Source: Clostridia bacterium (GTDB lineage Bacteria; Bacillota; Clostridia; TANB77; CAG-508). From it: a stretch of 64,000 nt of DNA. The notes beneath the pieces are model-generated. The model saw nothing but the letters and a program-made list of their open reading frames with translations, made no database searches and was not told the DNA's origin. The stretch spans positions 64,553 through 128,552 of the forward strand of contig JAFWKV010000001.1 in the NCBI GenBank assembly GCA_017511265.1, given 5' to 3'. Positions 11,125-22,268 of this stretch are shown here, one piece after another; positions within the stretch are counted from its first letter, which is position 1; each line of letters opens with the position of its first letter. The position numbers were made by a program, and so were the translations under genes.

Positions 11125-12387
11125 CTATGCATCTTTATTATTATTCTCTTTTATTGTTAGGCACATTGCTGAAAGTACTGCGAATACACTTACAGCTTGA
11201 ATTCTATATGTAAACCAAAAATGTATTGATGAATGTCCTGCAAATATAATATACCACAAATATGGTACTATTGCAATGAGTAATAATGGTAATACTACCT
11301 TAATTTTGCTAATGTTTTTTCTAAAAAATGCAAATAGCCCAATCCAAATAACAAATGCAACTCCCATAATATATTTTGCTATTGGAACAAAGAAACAATT
11401 GAAATTTCTTTTTAACATTTCTATTCTTGTTACAGGATACTGTTCATTTCCATTTACTCTAAATACAAAAGCATCTAACGCAATTTCAATTGCATTTTTA
11501 TGTAATACAATTGATGCTACTATCCATTTAGTAACAAATAATGTTCCATATCCTAATCCCCATAACATTCCATATTCAATGGTTTTTATTATTAATGAAG
11601 ATAACTTTGTGTCTTTTTTATTTTCAAGTAATAGAGTTAATACTAGTGGTAATCCAAGCGTTACTAACGGATATGTTAATAAGTCAAAGTAAGTAGATAA
11701 TGCTCCTATTACAAAAAATAAATATGGTAATAATTTTTCCTTTTTCATGCTTTCCATTATGCATACTGAGATAATTGAAAGCAACGTAATAATAAACATT
11801 GCACTAAATTGTAATGACATTGGTATTATAATTACATACATAAATGAAATAGTTATTGAAAAACAAATTATGTATCGTATTCCTAATCTTTTTCCAATAA
11901 CATAAATTGCTATACCTAAAAGTGTTGTTATAACTATCATCAAAATATATCGTATTTCTGTATAATTAAAAAACAGTAATAATGGCCTTAGCATTACCTG
12001 AATTCCATGCCAATATCTTGAATATTCATGATTATTAAAATCATCTGATTGAACTGTTGTATTTAAAGCTTCAACCATTGATGGTTCTTCATAAAATGAA
12101 CATTCCATTGCTTTTGAAAGTGTTCCCTCATTTTCAAACATTTCTTTATTTAGTGCAATATTTAACATTAGGGCATCAGTATGTGTATCTAGAAGAGCGC
12201 CTTCTTGACTAAAAAATGGTATATACCCAATTCCTTCATCTTTTAATTGTTTAACTGACTCTGCTACATGTCCTCTTATTCTTTCATTTGGTAATTTAAA
12301 GCTCACATATATAAGCACAATAAAAGACACAGCTAGTACTATATATAATAATATAAATGACATTATTTTTTTAAGAAGTTTTGGCAT
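11125..12387 (-). CDS. Polytopic membrane protein of unknown function in glycopolymer locus
   Basis: 420 aa, about 10 hydrophobic segments, one extracytoplasmic loop near the N-terminus (YSRYWHG motif). No family recognised with confidence. Confidence 0.35.
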   Translation of the reverse strand: MPKLLKKIMSFILLYIVLAVSFIVLIYVSFKLPNERIRGHVAESVKQLKDEGIGYIPFFSQEGALLDTHTDALMLNIALNKEMFENEGTLSKAMECSFYEEPSMVEALNTTVQSDDFNNHEYSRYWHGIQVMLRPLLLFFNYTEIRYILMIVITTLLGIAIYVIGKRLGIRYIICFSITISFMYVIIIPMSLQFSAMFIITLLSIISVCIMESMKKEKLLPYLFFVIGALSTYFDLLTYPLVTLGLPLVLTLLLENKKDTKLSSLIIKTIEYGMLWGLGYGTLFVTKWIVASIVLHKNAIEIALDAFVFRVNGNEQYPVTRIEMLKRNFNCFFVPIAKYIMGVAFVIWIGLFAFFRKNISKIKVVLPLLLIAIVPYLWYIIFAGHSSIHFWFTYRIQAVSVFAVLSAMCLTIKENNNKDA

Positions 12388-12774
12388 TTATACTTTCCTC
12401 CAATTCATTATTATTAATCCTAATATAATAATGCTTGCACCTATGATTCCTTGAATTGATATATTTTCTTTAAACACTACTTTTGAAGCAATCAAGGTTA
12501 AAATTTGTACAATACCTGTACATAGTGGAGTTATGTAGCTTAAGTCAAACATAACAACCATTCTTGTATATACAAAAAAACTTCCTATATAACATATAAA
12601 GCCTATAAGACTTATAGGGCTTATTCCAAAATTTATATTTCCATTTTCCATTGCAAAAGATCCAGTATTTCCTCCAAGCTTCATTAAGATTAGTCCTGAC
12701 ATAGTAAGTGCCAAATATATTCCAATTATTAAAAACTGCATTTTAAAATTACTCCCTTTATCTATTTTTTCCAT
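12388..12774 (-). CDS. Small 4-TM DMT/EamA-like membrane protein (possible lipid-linked sugar flippase subunit)
   Basis: Preferred start is ATG 12774, preceded by AAAGGAGA with 5-nt spacing. About 128 aa, four hydrophobic helices, embedded between GT genes. Confidence 0.45.
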   Translation of the reverse strand: MEKIDKGSNFKMQFLIIGIYLALTMSGLILMKLGGNTGSFAMENGNINFGISPISLIGFICYIGSFFVYTRMVVMFDLSYITPLCTGIVQILTLIASKVVFKENISIQGIIGASIIILGLIIMNWRKV

Positions 12775-12787
12775 TAATATCTCCTTT

Positions 12788-13834
12788 TTACCATTTAATA
12801 TCAATCTTTAATTTATTAATCATAAAGTTATATGATGCCATAAATGGTCTAAATAATCCACATACATATATTTTTTTCATAATAGCTACTTTTGTATTGC
12901 ATTTGTGCTTGATGCAATACGAAACGTTTAAATATTTTGATTTTCTCCAACTTGGAAAATTAGTATTTAAGTATTCTTTATTTTTTCTTAGTTCTTCTTT
13001 AAAGTTACTTGTTTTATCTGCTGAAATTCTAAACATTAATGAAATACCAAAATGTAAAAATGCCATTGAATCTATAACAGGAATGAGTTTTTTTCCATTT
13101 TCGTCATTTTCATATATTTCTTTAATCTTTAGCATTGCGTTTTGAGTTGCTTGTATTTGTTCTTTTTTTATTGTTGCCATTATTGAATCTTGCCTTACCA
13201 TATAATAGTAAAGACTATCTTTTATAAAGCTAATTTTTTTAGTGTTTAAATAAGCTAATAATAGAAACATCATATCGTCAAAAACTCTAGGTGGATTTTC
13301 TAGATTTTTCATATTCTTTAGTACTTCTGCTTTATACAACTTATTCCATAGAGCTGTATTAATAGAAATTATATCTTCTGGGTTTTTATCCATATCTATT
13401 ACTTTTCCTTCAAATTGTGTCATTTCTGTTGAATATACATGCCCAGTGTCTACGTCCATTCTATCAAATCCGCAAACAGATATATCTGCATCACTATCCT
13501 TAGCAGCTTTATACAGTTTTTCTGCATAGTCTAATGCTATATAATCATCAGAATCTGTAAAACCGATATATTCTCCTTTTGCTTTTTCAATTCCATCAAA
13601 TCTACCTTTCCATACTCCTTCGTTCTGTTTATCTATAATCACTATATTCTTATCAGGATATTTTTCTTTATATTCTTTAAGTATATTTAGGCAATTATCT
13701 GGTGAGCCATCATTAATGCAAATAATTTCAACACCATCGAGTGTTTGATTTATAAGAGAATCCATACTTCTATTCAAATATTTTTCTACTTTATACACTG
13801 GTACAATAATACTAACTTTTATTTTTTTTTCCAT
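12788..13834 (-). CDS. GT2 glycosyltransferase
   Basis: VSIIVPVYKVEKYLNRSMDSLINQT...INDGSPD...FTDSDDY: canonical GT2 N-terminal domain with DXD motif. Confidence 0.85.
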   Translation of the reverse strand: MEKKIKVSIIVPVYKVEKYLNRSMDSLINQTLDGVEIICINDGSPDNCLNILKEYKEKYPDKNIVIIDKQNEGVWKGRFDGIEKAKGEYIGFTDSDDYIALDYAEKLYKAAKDSDADISVCGFDRMDVDTGHVYSTEMTQFEGKVIDMDKNPEDIISINTALWNKLYKAEVLKNMKNLENPPRVFDDMMFLLLAYLNTKKISFIKDSLYYYMVRQDSIMATIKKEQIQATQNAMLKIKEIYENDENGKKLIPVIDSMAFLHFGISLMFRISADKTSNFKEELRKNKEYLNTNFPSWRKSKYLNVSYCIKHKCNTKVAIMKKIYVCGLFRPFMASYNFMINKLKIDIKW

Positions 13835-13846
13835 TTTTTTCTCCCT

Positions 13847-14983
13847 TTATATTATTTTTTCATTTCTTAGCGTGTTTAAAGCTTCTTCTATAACCTTGTC
13901 CATATCGTAATATTTATAAGTTCCTAATCTTCCACCAAAAATTATATTACTATCTTTTTTAGCTTGTTGGTTATATTTTATATATAAGTTGTTGTTTTTT
14001 TCGTTGTTTATAGGATAATATGGTTCTTTTGTATCGTCCCATGTAATAGGATATTCTTTTGTAATTATTGTATGATTTTGTGTCTCTTCATTTTCTTCAT
14101 TTCCAAGGCTTTTTCCATATTCAAAATGCTTATGTTCTATAATTCTTGTATATGGTGTTTCAAAATCGGTGTAGTTTATGACTGCATTACCTTGATAATT
14201 ATTTATATTTATCTCTTCTGTTTCAAATTTTAAACTTCTATATTCTAATTTTCCAAACCTATAATCATAATATTTATCTATTGGACCTGTAAATACTATT
14301 TTTTTTGCAATTTTTTCTAATTCTTTCTTATGTTCAAAGTAATCATAGTTTAACCAAACCTCAACATCTTTAAGCATTTTTTCAATTATACATGTATATC
14401 CTCCAATTGGAATGCCTTGATATTTGCAATTAAAATAATTATTGTCATATATTAATCTAACAGGTAATCTTTTAATTATAAAATTAGGCAATTCACTACA
14501 CTTTTTTCCCCATTGTTTCTCTGTATAACCTTTTATTAGTTTTTCATAAATTGTTGTTCCTACTAAGCTAATTGCTTGTTCTTCTAAATTTTTAGGCTCT
14601 TTTATTCTAGCTTCTGCTTTTTCTTCTTCTATTTTTCTTCTAGCCTCTTCCGGAGTAATTACCCCCCAAAGTCTATTAAATGTATTCATATTAAATGGTA
14701 AATTATATAATTCATTTTTATAATTTGCTACTGGTGAATTTGTATATCTGTTAAACTCACTAAACTGGTTTATATAATCCCATATTTCTTTATTGTTTGT
14801 ATGAAATATATGAGCTCCATATTTATGTACATTTATTCCATGAATTTTTTCAGTATATATATTTCCACCTATGTTGTTTCTTTTTTCAATTAATAAACAT
14901 TTCTTTCCTTTTTTTGTTGCTTCATATGCAAATATAGAACCAAACAATCCACTTCCAACAATTAAGTAATCATATTTTTCCAT
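13847..14983 (-). CDS. glf: UDP-galactopyranose mutase
   Basis: YDYLIVGSGLFGSIFA FAD-binding motif, NIGGNIYTE, VHKYGAHIFHTNN, GGRLGTYKYYDMD. Start at ATG 14983, preceded by AAGGAGG. Confidence 0.9.
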   Translation of the reverse strand: MEKYDYLIVGSGLFGSIFAYEATKKGKKCLLIEKRNNIGGNIYTEKIHGINVHKYGAHIFHTNNKEIWDYINQFSEFNRYTNSPVANYKNELYNLPFNMNTFNRLWGVITPEEARRKIEEEKAEARIKEPKNLEEQAISLVGTTIYEKLIKGYTEKQWGKKCSELPNFIIKRLPVRLIYDNNYFNCKYQGIPIGGYTCIIEKMLKDVEVWLNYDYFEHKKELEKIAKKIVFTGPIDKYYDYRFGKLEYRSLKFETEEININNYQGNAVINYTDFETPYTRIIEHKHFEYGKSLGNEENEETQNHTIITKEYPITWDDTKEPYYPINNEKNNNLYIKYNQQAKKDSNIIFGGRLGTYKYYDMDKVIEEALNTLRNEKII

Positions 14984-14984
14984 T

Positions 14985-15338
14985 TTATTCCTCCTTGTGT
15001 TTTTTATTTTCATCATATTCTTTTAATGCAATATAATGATCTAGGTCTTTTATTTTTTCATTTAAAGTAGATATTCTTATATTATCCATAAAAGTTTGTA
15101 TAAGTAAGAAAAATATTACTACTAGAAAAACAAAATTAACCGGTGCCATAAAACCTAGTTTTGCAGATATCCATTCAACAGCATTGTAGAAAATGCTCAT
15201 TAATATAAGGATTATACTTCCAATTAGCCAAACTACTGAACTTTCAATTTTTAATTTTGCTTGTTTTATTCTTGTCACGCATAAAAAACATGAAAACAGA
15301 GAAGCAATTATTAATATTATTCTTAGTGTTAATGTCAT
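14985..15338 (-). CDS. Small membrane protein, DUF2304/GacJ-like partner of the adjacent GT2
   Basis: 117 aa, 3-4 TM helices and a charged tail, immediately downstream of a ~230-aa GT2, as in streptococcal gacI-gacJ. Confidence 0.55.
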   Translation of the reverse strand: MTLTLRIILIIASLFSCFLCVTRIKQAKLKIESSVVWLIGSIILILMSIFYNAVEWISAKLGFMAPVNFVFLVVIFFLLIQTFMDNIRISTLNEKIKDLDHYIALKEYDENKKHKEE

Positions 15339-15353
15339 ATATTTTTCCTCCTT

Positions 15354-16043
15354 TTATTTATTTTTTCTTGTAATAGCTCTTATAAAAATAATTGAAAAAA
15401 ACATATTTGTCATATATTGCATAGATTTTATTGGGTTTAAATAGCTTTCTCCGAATTCTCTTTCTTTCATTTCTACTTGTACTTCTTCTACTTTCATCTG
15501 TTTTTTTATCATATAAACCATAGTATCTGGTTCTGGTGATAAACTTGCATTGTCAACAAACATTTTTATAGCTTTTTTATTGTAAGCTCTCATTCCAGAA
15601 GTTGGATCTTTAATTGTTTTTCCTGTTACCATTTTAATTGCAATACTAATTAAATTACTTCCTAGCATTCTCATTGTTTTTGGCTTTTTTTCAGTTACGA
15701 ATCTTGATCCTATTGCTATATCGCACTTATTTTCTTCTATCTTTTTTACTAAATCTTTAATATACTTTGCTTGGTGTTGTCCATCTCCATCAAATTGAAT
15801 TGCTATATCATAATCATTTTTAGCTGCATATTTCATTCCTATTTGTATTGCACTTGTTAGACCATAATTAATCGGTAATGAAATAAAGTTGAAATTATTT
15901 TTTTCACATACTTCTTTTGTATTATCTTTAGAGCAATCATTAATTATAATATAGTCAAATTCTGTGTTATTTTTAATATCGTTAATTGTTTTTTCAATAT
16001 TTAATTCCTCATTGTATGCAGGTACTATTATTAATACTTTCAT
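15354..16043 (-). CDS. GT2 polyprenyl-phosphate sugar synthase (GacI-like)
   Basis: VLIIVPAYNEELNIEKTI, INDCSKDNT, QFDGDGQH: short soluble GT2 of the DPM1-like class. Confidence 0.8.
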   Translation of the reverse strand: MKVLIIVPAYNEELNIEKTINDIKNNTEFDYIIINDCSKDNTKEVCEKNNFNFISLPINYGLTSAIQIGMKYAAKNDYDIAIQFDGDGQHQAKYIKDLVKKIEENKCDIAIGSRFVTEKKPKTMRMLGSNLISIAIKMVTGKTIKDPTSGMRAYNKKAIKMFVDNASLSPEPDTMVYMIKKQMKVEEVQVEMKEREFGESYLNPIKSMQYMTNMFFSIIFIRAITRKNK

Positions 16044-16055
16044 ATATCCTCCTAA

Positions 16056-17780
16056 TTACTTTACTATAATATTTTGTAAAATGCTTATTCCAATAAATAT
16101 TGTACTTACGATTGCAATATTTATATTTCTATTTTCTTTATTCATATATTTTACTTTGTTATTTGATACACATATAAGTACTAATGGTAAAACTGGTAAT
16201 ATATATCTAGTTTGGTAACCTGCCACATGCATTGTTCCCACTTCAGTAAATGATAAATACAGTACCATACTTGTCATTAAATATACCATAAAAAATGAAA
16301 TTGTCATAATTAGCTTGTCCTTTATTTTTAAATTCTTGTCATCTTCCGTAAGTGACACATATAAAATAAATAGTGCTAATGGCATAAATAAACATTGAGC
16401 ATCATTTGTAAAAAATACATTTTGGTGTAATAGTAGCCACCAATTAAAATTTAAAATTGTTTCTTTTATTTGCGTTAAAATTAGTTTTATATCAAATATT
16501 GGATGATATAATAATACATTTAATTGTTCTGTAGGATTAATAGTTCCTTGGGCTCTTGTGTCACTTATTATATATGTTTTTTTCACCATTATAACTGCTA
16601 TGATAAAAATTATTACAGAAACAATAGTGGCAAATATCATCCATGGTATGTATTTTCTATTGCTTTTTATTGTTTTTATTATAGGTAACATTAAGAAAAT
16701 TCCTGCTACTAATATATAAGCCATAGATTTAGCAAATAGTGTTAGTCCAAAAATAAGTGTTAATTTAATAAAGTCTTTTAAGCTTATAGTTTCTTTTTCT
16801 TCTTTCAGCTTTAAACAGTATGCAATTAAAATTGAAACCATTCCTATGCAATATCCATCTATTGAATATGTTCCTGCTAATAATAAAGCCATTGGCATCA
16901 TAAAAACTACAGCAAATATATTTTTCTTATAAGGTAATAGCTTAATTGCTATACATATTAATATACAATACTCAATTAAGTTAAATATTCTTCCTAAGAT
17001 ATATAAATCAATTATACTACCGCCTAATACTTTAGCAATAAAAATTCCTGTTGCAGAAAATAAATATGGAACAAAATTATATATTGCTGGTGTTGATGGT
17101 GTGTCTTCCATGTTGACATCATCTGTTAATTCTGGTATGTATCTCTCACTAAAGAATTCATCAATATTGGTATATCTTGTAAGTTGAGGCAAATCATTTA
17201 CTTTTTTATCTGTGATTGGATGATTCTTATAATCAAAGTTTCCTGAAGCAATGTTAAAAGCTGTCATAAAGTGTTTTTTCTCATCTATAGCATGATTATA
17301 ATTAGCTGATATGCTAAATACTATTCCAACAGAAAATGTAATTACAATAACATTTTTGATAATATTATTTGAAACATTTAATACAAATACTCCTGACATT
17401 AATATAGTAATAATTCCTATAGACATAGCTCTAATAATTATAGGATTTTTTAATATAATATATAAAGCTACAATTGTTATTATAACACTACAGCTTAAAT
17501 ATAAATATATTAATATTCTTTTTAGTTTATATTCTAATGATTTTTCTGTATCATTATTGAATGATTTTCTTTTAATAAAAAGTATTAAAAGAAATCCCAA
17601 AAATACTAAGAATCTACATAAAGAAAAGTTATAATTTATGTCATCTTTATTTCCATTTAAAAAGTTTATGACATTCGCTGAGTTACAATATCCTATTTCA
17701 AAAACTACAAATGCCATTATATATAAAATGAATGTAGTTACTTGTATGAATTTCTTATTTAATATATTTTTTATAATCAT
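16056..17780 (-). CDS. Polytopic membrane protein, DUF2142/GacL-like putative GT-C glycosyltransferase
   Basis: 574 aa with more than 10 TM helices. Order relative to the GacI-like and GacJ-like genes matches known side-chain addition modules. Confidence 0.5.
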   Translation of the reverse strand: MIIKNILNKKFIQVTTFILYIMAFVVFEIGYCNSANVINFLNGNKDDINYNFSLCRFLVFLGFLLILFIKRKSFNNDTEKSLEYKLKRILIYLYLSCSVIITIVALYIILKNPIIIRAMSIGIITILMSGVFVLNVSNNIIKNVIVITFSVGIVFSISANYNHAIDEKKHFMTAFNIASGNFDYKNHPITDKKVNDLPQLTRYTNIDEFFSERYIPELTDDVNMEDTPSTPAIYNFVPYLFSATGIFIAKVLGGSIIDLYILGRIFNLIEYCILICIAIKLLPYKKNIFAVVFMMPMALLLAGTYSIDGYCIGMVSILIAYCLKLKEEKETISLKDFIKLTLIFGLTLFAKSMAYILVAGIFLMLPIIKTIKSNRKYIPWMIFATIVSVIIFIIAVIMVKKTYIISDTRAQGTINPTEQLNVLLYHPIFDIKLILTQIKETILNFNWWLLLHQNVFFTNDAQCLFMPLALFILYVSLTEDDKNLKIKDKLIMTISFFMVYLMTSMVLYLSFTEVGTMHVAGYQTRYILPVLPLVLICVSNNKVKYMNKENRNINIAIVSTIFIGISILQNIIVK

Positions 17781-17802
17781 TTTTAAGTTTCTTTCCCCTT
17801 AA

Positions 17803-19710
17803 TTATTTATCATCTACACATTCTGCTTTTATTGCATATTGGTCATTGTCTAATCTTAAATTTTTGTTATAGTAAGGATCTCCTTTATCTAAAAAACATT
17901 TCCATCTTTCATCAAATCTATCAATTTCTGATTTAAATCTTATTTGTTTTTCTGGAGTATCTTCAAATCCTCTGCTCTTTGATTCATAGTGAGTAAATTG
18001 AACATATGGATCATATACTATTAATTTTCCTTTTTCTCTTATTTTTAAACAAAAGTCTACATCATTAAATGCTACTTTAAAACCTTCGTCCATATATCCA
18101 ACTTCATCATAGATAGATTTCTTGGTCATTATACAAGCTGCTGTAACAGCACTTAAATTTTGTATCATTGCATCTTTAGAAAAATATCCATGTCTTTCTC
18201 TAGGAAGATTTTTAAATACATGTCCAGCTATTCCACCTATTCCTATGATAATTCCAGCATGTTGAATAGTATTGTCTGGATAAAATAGTTCTACTCCTAC
18301 TGCTCCAACGTCTTCTCTTTGAGCAAATCCAAGCATTTCTTCTATCCAATTTGGTGTTAACAACTTTGTATCATTATTTAATTGAATTATGTATTCTCCT
18401 TGTGAATTTTGTACTCCAAAGTTTATTATTTTAGAATAATTAAATCCTTTTTCTGGATAATATACTACTTTTATGTTATCAATATTATCTATTTCTTTAT
18501 AGTATTCAAATGTTTCATTTTCTTCACTATTATTTTCTACAACTATTATTTCATAATTCTTATAGGTTGTAAGCTTTTTTATGGATTTTAAACATACTCT
18601 TAGTGTTGAAATGTAATCTTTATTCGGAATAACTATAGAAACCTTTGGATTACCTATTACTTCATAGTCAATTTTATATGTTCCTAATGTATTTCCATGT
18701 TTTACTTTTCCCTTTAAATTCAGTCTATCTATATGATCTTGTAAAGCTTTAATTCCCGCATCATATGCATACGGTTTAGCTGTTCCACCAGATTTAGAAG
18801 TTGATTTTTCATGTACTCTCCAATGATACAGTATTTTAGAAATATGTGCTATTTTATTTGTTGTTTCACTCATTCTCAAAAATAAGTCATAATCTTGTGC
18901 ACCATCATATTCACTTCTAAATCCACCCAGCTTGTCCATTAATCCTTTTTTCAAAATACTAAAATGACAAATGTAGTTGTTTGCCCTTAATGTGTCCGGA
19001 GCAAAATCTGATTTAAAATATGGATTATATCTTCTTCCATCAATTTTTTCAAATTTGTCTTCATCTGAGTATATAAAATCTACATCTGGATTCTCATTTA
19101 TATATTTTACAACTTCATATAATGCAAATTCAGCCAATAAGTCGTCATGATCTAATAATGCTATAAACTGCCCCGTTGTCATATTCAATGCTTCGTTTGT
19201 ATTTTGAGCTATACCTTTATTTTCATTTAAAAACTTATATTTTATTCTTTGGTCTTTATTGCATATTTGTTCTATCTTTTCATTTTTTTCTGGACTTCCA
19301 TCTGCTAAGCATAATTCCCAATTAGAATATGTTTGATTTATTAAGCAGTTTATAAGTTCTTCAAAAAAGTTTACAGGTGTATTATACATTGGTACAATTA
19401 CACTTATTTTTGGCATAAACTGAAATTGAGTATTTTTTTGTTTAAGTAGTTCTTCTTCATTAGGTTCGTTTTTTGCTATCCAAATTTGATAAATATCATC
19501 TTGCGATGTTGAGAATTCTCCATTAATTAAGTATATTTTTAATTCTTTTAATGCATAATTCCATCCCTTTTCATTTGCCTTTTGTTTTATCTTTCTTAAA
19601 AATTTTATATTAAACATGCTCTGTATAAATCTATTTGCTATTCTTAGAATTGTTCTGATTTTTCCACCTTCCGGGAATAGCTTATCTCTTATTCTTTTTT
19701 TCTCCGTCAT
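17803..19710 (-). CDS. Two-domain GT2 glycosyltransferase (paralogue 1 of 3)
   Basis: ISVIVPMYNTPVNFFEELINCLINQTYSNWELCLADGSP...LLDHDD, then a second GT2 domain VSIVIPNKD...QLNNDT. Strongly similar to 26295-28010 and 28012-29772. Confidence 0.85.
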   Translation of the reverse strand: MTEKKRIRDKLFPEGGKIRTILRIANRFIQSMFNIKFLRKIKQKANEKGWNYALKELKIYLINGEFSTSQDDIYQIWIAKNEPNEEELLKQKNTQFQFMPKISVIVPMYNTPVNFFEELINCLINQTYSNWELCLADGSPEKNEKIEQICNKDQRIKYKFLNENKGIAQNTNEALNMTTGQFIALLDHDDLLAEFALYEVVKYINENPDVDFIYSDEDKFEKIDGRRYNPYFKSDFAPDTLRANNYICHFSILKKGLMDKLGGFRSEYDGAQDYDLFLRMSETTNKIAHISKILYHWRVHEKSTSKSGGTAKPYAYDAGIKALQDHIDRLNLKGKVKHGNTLGTYKIDYEVIGNPKVSIVIPNKDYISTLRVCLKSIKKLTTYKNYEIIVVENNSEENETFEYYKEIDNIDNIKVVYYPEKGFNYSKIINFGVQNSQGEYIIQLNNDTKLLTPNWIEEMLGFAQREDVGAVGVELFYPDNTIQHAGIIIGIGGIAGHVFKNLPRERHGYFSKDAMIQNLSAVTAACIMTKKSIYDEVGYMDEGFKVAFNDVDFCLKIREKGKLIVYDPYVQFTHYESKSRGFEDTPEKQIRFKSEIDRFDERWKCFLDKGDPYYNKNLRLDNDQYAIKAECVDDK

Positions 19711-19725
19711 TTTGCATTCCTTTCT

Positions 19726-22266
19726 TTATTTTAATGTCCTTCTAATTTTTCTTACAGGTTCCATCATTTTCCAACTTCTTGAATTTTTTATTCCTCTCAA
19801 TTCATCTTCTAGTTCAGAAATTCTGTGTTTTAACTCTTCTATTTTTTTCATGTTTTTTTCTACTTTTTCTTTTTCTAAACTATATATATTTCTATAATGA
19901 ATTTTAGAATCATATATATTTTTTACAGTAGTTCTGTTTTCTGCATGTGCTTGCCAAATTATAGGATCCTTTATTGTATCTTGTATTTTTTCTTCTAAAA
20001 CTTGGAATAAATCAATAAATTGGGTTAATTTTAATTTTTCAAAAATATTGTCTTTATCTACTTTCGATGAAGATACTGCCAAATACTCTATAGCTCTATA
20101 TGCAATAAATTGAACTGGAAGATTATATTCTATCCATTCTTGATCATAAAAGAAAAATTCACCCTTTTCATAGAAACAGTTTTGGAAAATTAAATCAAAA
20201 AAGCCATATTTAGTGTAGTCAAATTTGTTTTCTGTTTCTTTATCAACTTCAATTCCATATTTTTCAAAAACAGTTTGTCCTTCTTTTTTATATGGAAGTA
20301 GTTTCTCATTTATTGTAAATATAAACTTTTCAATAAATTTGATAGCTTCTTCTTCATTATTTTCAAATTTATCAATTAAAATTTTGTCAAATTGTTTATT
20401 TTCACTCATAATTTTACTGTATATAATGTTTTCTTGATAAGTATCTAGTAAATTAATATTAATCTTTCTTAAAATATCTATATTATTTTTTATATTGTTA
20501 AAGTGTTGCTTACTTTCTATATTTGCTTTTTTATAAGCTTGAGTATCTGTTACTATAGTTTTTATTCTATATTCCTCTTTTCTTGAATTGTTAAAAGAAA
20601 CAAATTCAATTCCATTTTCTTCATTATTTATTTCTACTAAAAATGAATTTGCAAAAAACGGAAAAAGATTAGGATCTTCATTAATTATTTCTTTGTATTT
20701 TTTTATTTCATCTGTTGTAAGTATTTCATCTTCATTAAAAATAGTCAAGTCTCTCGTTATTGATTCTTTATCTGGTAGTTGTTTGTCTGTAAAAATCACA
20801 TTCGGTAAATTACAATTTGGTAAAGGATAATAATATTTAAACTTACTTATATTTAAAGATTTTAAAATTTTTTCTATTTCTTTTTTACTATAGTAACTAT
20901 GTTCTTTTTTTATACTATTATAATTTTGATTTTCTAATCCATATTTATTGTTAGCAGAAAACAATATTACTCCATTTTGTTTTAAATGCATTCTAGAAAA
21001 CTGTATAGCTTTTTCTAAAAGATTTTTTTCTTTGTCAATATTACCTATAAAAATCAAATCATATTTATCTAGTTTTTCTTTGCTTTTCAAATCTTTAATT
21101 TTTGTTATGTTTAATTTCTTACGGTTTTGTTGTTCATTAAATACATCTATGTCACTATTAATAATTAGCATATCTGTATGTTTTTCTGTTGGATACCAAC
21201 TAATAATGTTATTCCTTATTTTCTTTAGTTTATTATCATCTATTTTAATACTGTTTTTTTGTTCTGTGTTAATACTGTTTTTTATTTTATAATGTTCCTT
21301 ATAAAAGTTTAACATAGATTCATCTATTTTTATTAATTCTTGATTTTCTAAATTTACATTTGTTTCAATTTCATTGCATGAAGCTTCTATAAAAAATGAA
21401 TTAGCAAAAAAATCAAACTTTTTATTTTTTATAATTTCTTTGTAAGCTTCTTTTTCATCATATTGAACTTCTGCATTTTCATCAGATAAATATGGTGAAT
21501 ATTCTTTTATTGAGTCTTGTGTTGGTAAATATTCATCTGAAAAAATTATATTAGGCAATTTATAATCAGGCATTGGATAATAAAATTTTGTGTATTTAAA
21601 ACCACTTTGTTTTAGAATTTGTTTTAATTCTTCTTTTCCAAATGTTCTTATTCCATTTTTGTTCTCATATCCTAAAATTCCATCATATTTTTTTCCTGTG
21701 TGGTCCTCAGCTACTCCCGAAAAATATTTCATTCCAAATTGATTTTCAATTGCAATTAATAATTTTCCATCTTCTTTTAATAAGCTTTTTATATAATCTA
21801 AGAAATCTTTATATGGTTGTTCTGTAGAAGTATATAAAGAAGCATATTCTAGAACTCCAATTAACGTAATATAATCAAATTTTTTTTCAAATTTTATGTC
21901 ATTAAAATTTCCCACTATTATTTCTAGATTTTTTTTGTTTTTACATCTTTCTTCAATTGCTGAAGCTCTTTGTTTTGATAGTTCAACTGCAGTAACACTC
22001 TTGGCTTTGTCGCACAAAATCCCAGTTATTGCACCCATCCCTGCACCAATTTCTAAAACATCACTATTTTTCTTAAATGGATACCAATTTAAAATGTTTT
22101 TTCTAATAGGCGTAATATGATAAAATACTGGCCAACTAATGTCATTTTCAAATATTTCTTTATATCCTTCTTCTCCATAAACTTTTAAATAATCTATTAT
22201 ATCTTTTTCGATTTCTCCATCACAATAAGTATCTTCACCTGTATAAAAATCATAATTAACTTTCAT
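19726..22266 (-). CDS. Tandem class-I SAM methyltransferase-like protein with C-terminal coiled coil (WbdD-like chain terminator candidate)
   Basis: First module carries VLEIGAGMGAITG. Second module repeats the fold landmarks (WYP..K, YYPLPN..LPNVIFTD, FFANSFLVE) but lacks GxGxG. C-terminus EELKHRISELEDELRGIKNSRSW is coiled-coil-like. Confidence 0.65.
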   Translation of the reverse strand: MKVNYDFYTGEDTYCDGEIEKDIIDYLKVYGEEGYKEIFENDISWPVFYHITPIRKNILNWYPFKKNSDVLEIGAGMGAITGILCDKAKSVTAVELSKQRASAIEERCKNKKNLEIIVGNFNDIKFEKKFDYITLIGVLEYASLYTSTEQPYKDFLDYIKSLLKEDGKLLIAIENQFGMKYFSGVAEDHTGKKYDGILGYENKNGIRTFGKEELKQILKQSGFKYTKFYYPMPDYKLPNIIFSDEYLPTQDSIKEYSPYLSDENAEVQYDEKEAYKEIIKNKKFDFFANSFFIEASCNEIETNVNLENQELIKIDESMLNFYKEHYKIKNSINTEQKNSIKIDDNKLKKIRNNIISWYPTEKHTDMLIINSDIDVFNEQQNRKKLNITKIKDLKSKEKLDKYDLIFIGNIDKEKNLLEKAIQFSRMHLKQNGVILFSANNKYGLENQNYNSIKKEHSYYSKKEIEKILKSLNISKFKYYYPLPNCNLPNVIFTDKQLPDKESITRDLTIFNEDEILTTDEIKKYKEIINEDPNLFPFFANSFLVEINNEENGIEFVSFNNSRKEEYRIKTIVTDTQAYKKANIESKQHFNNIKNNIDILRKININLLDTYQENIIYSKIMSENKQFDKILIDKFENNEEEAIKFIEKFIFTINEKLLPYKKEGQTVFEKYGIEVDKETENKFDYTKYGFFDLIFQNCFYEKGEFFFYDQEWIEYNLPVQFIAYRAIEYLAVSSSKVDKDNIFEKLKLTQFIDLFQVLEEKIQDTIKDPIIWQAHAENRTTVKNIYDSKIHYRNIYSLEKEKVEKNMKKIEELKHRISELEDELRGIKNSRSWKMMEPVRKIRRTLK

Positions 22267-22268
22267 AT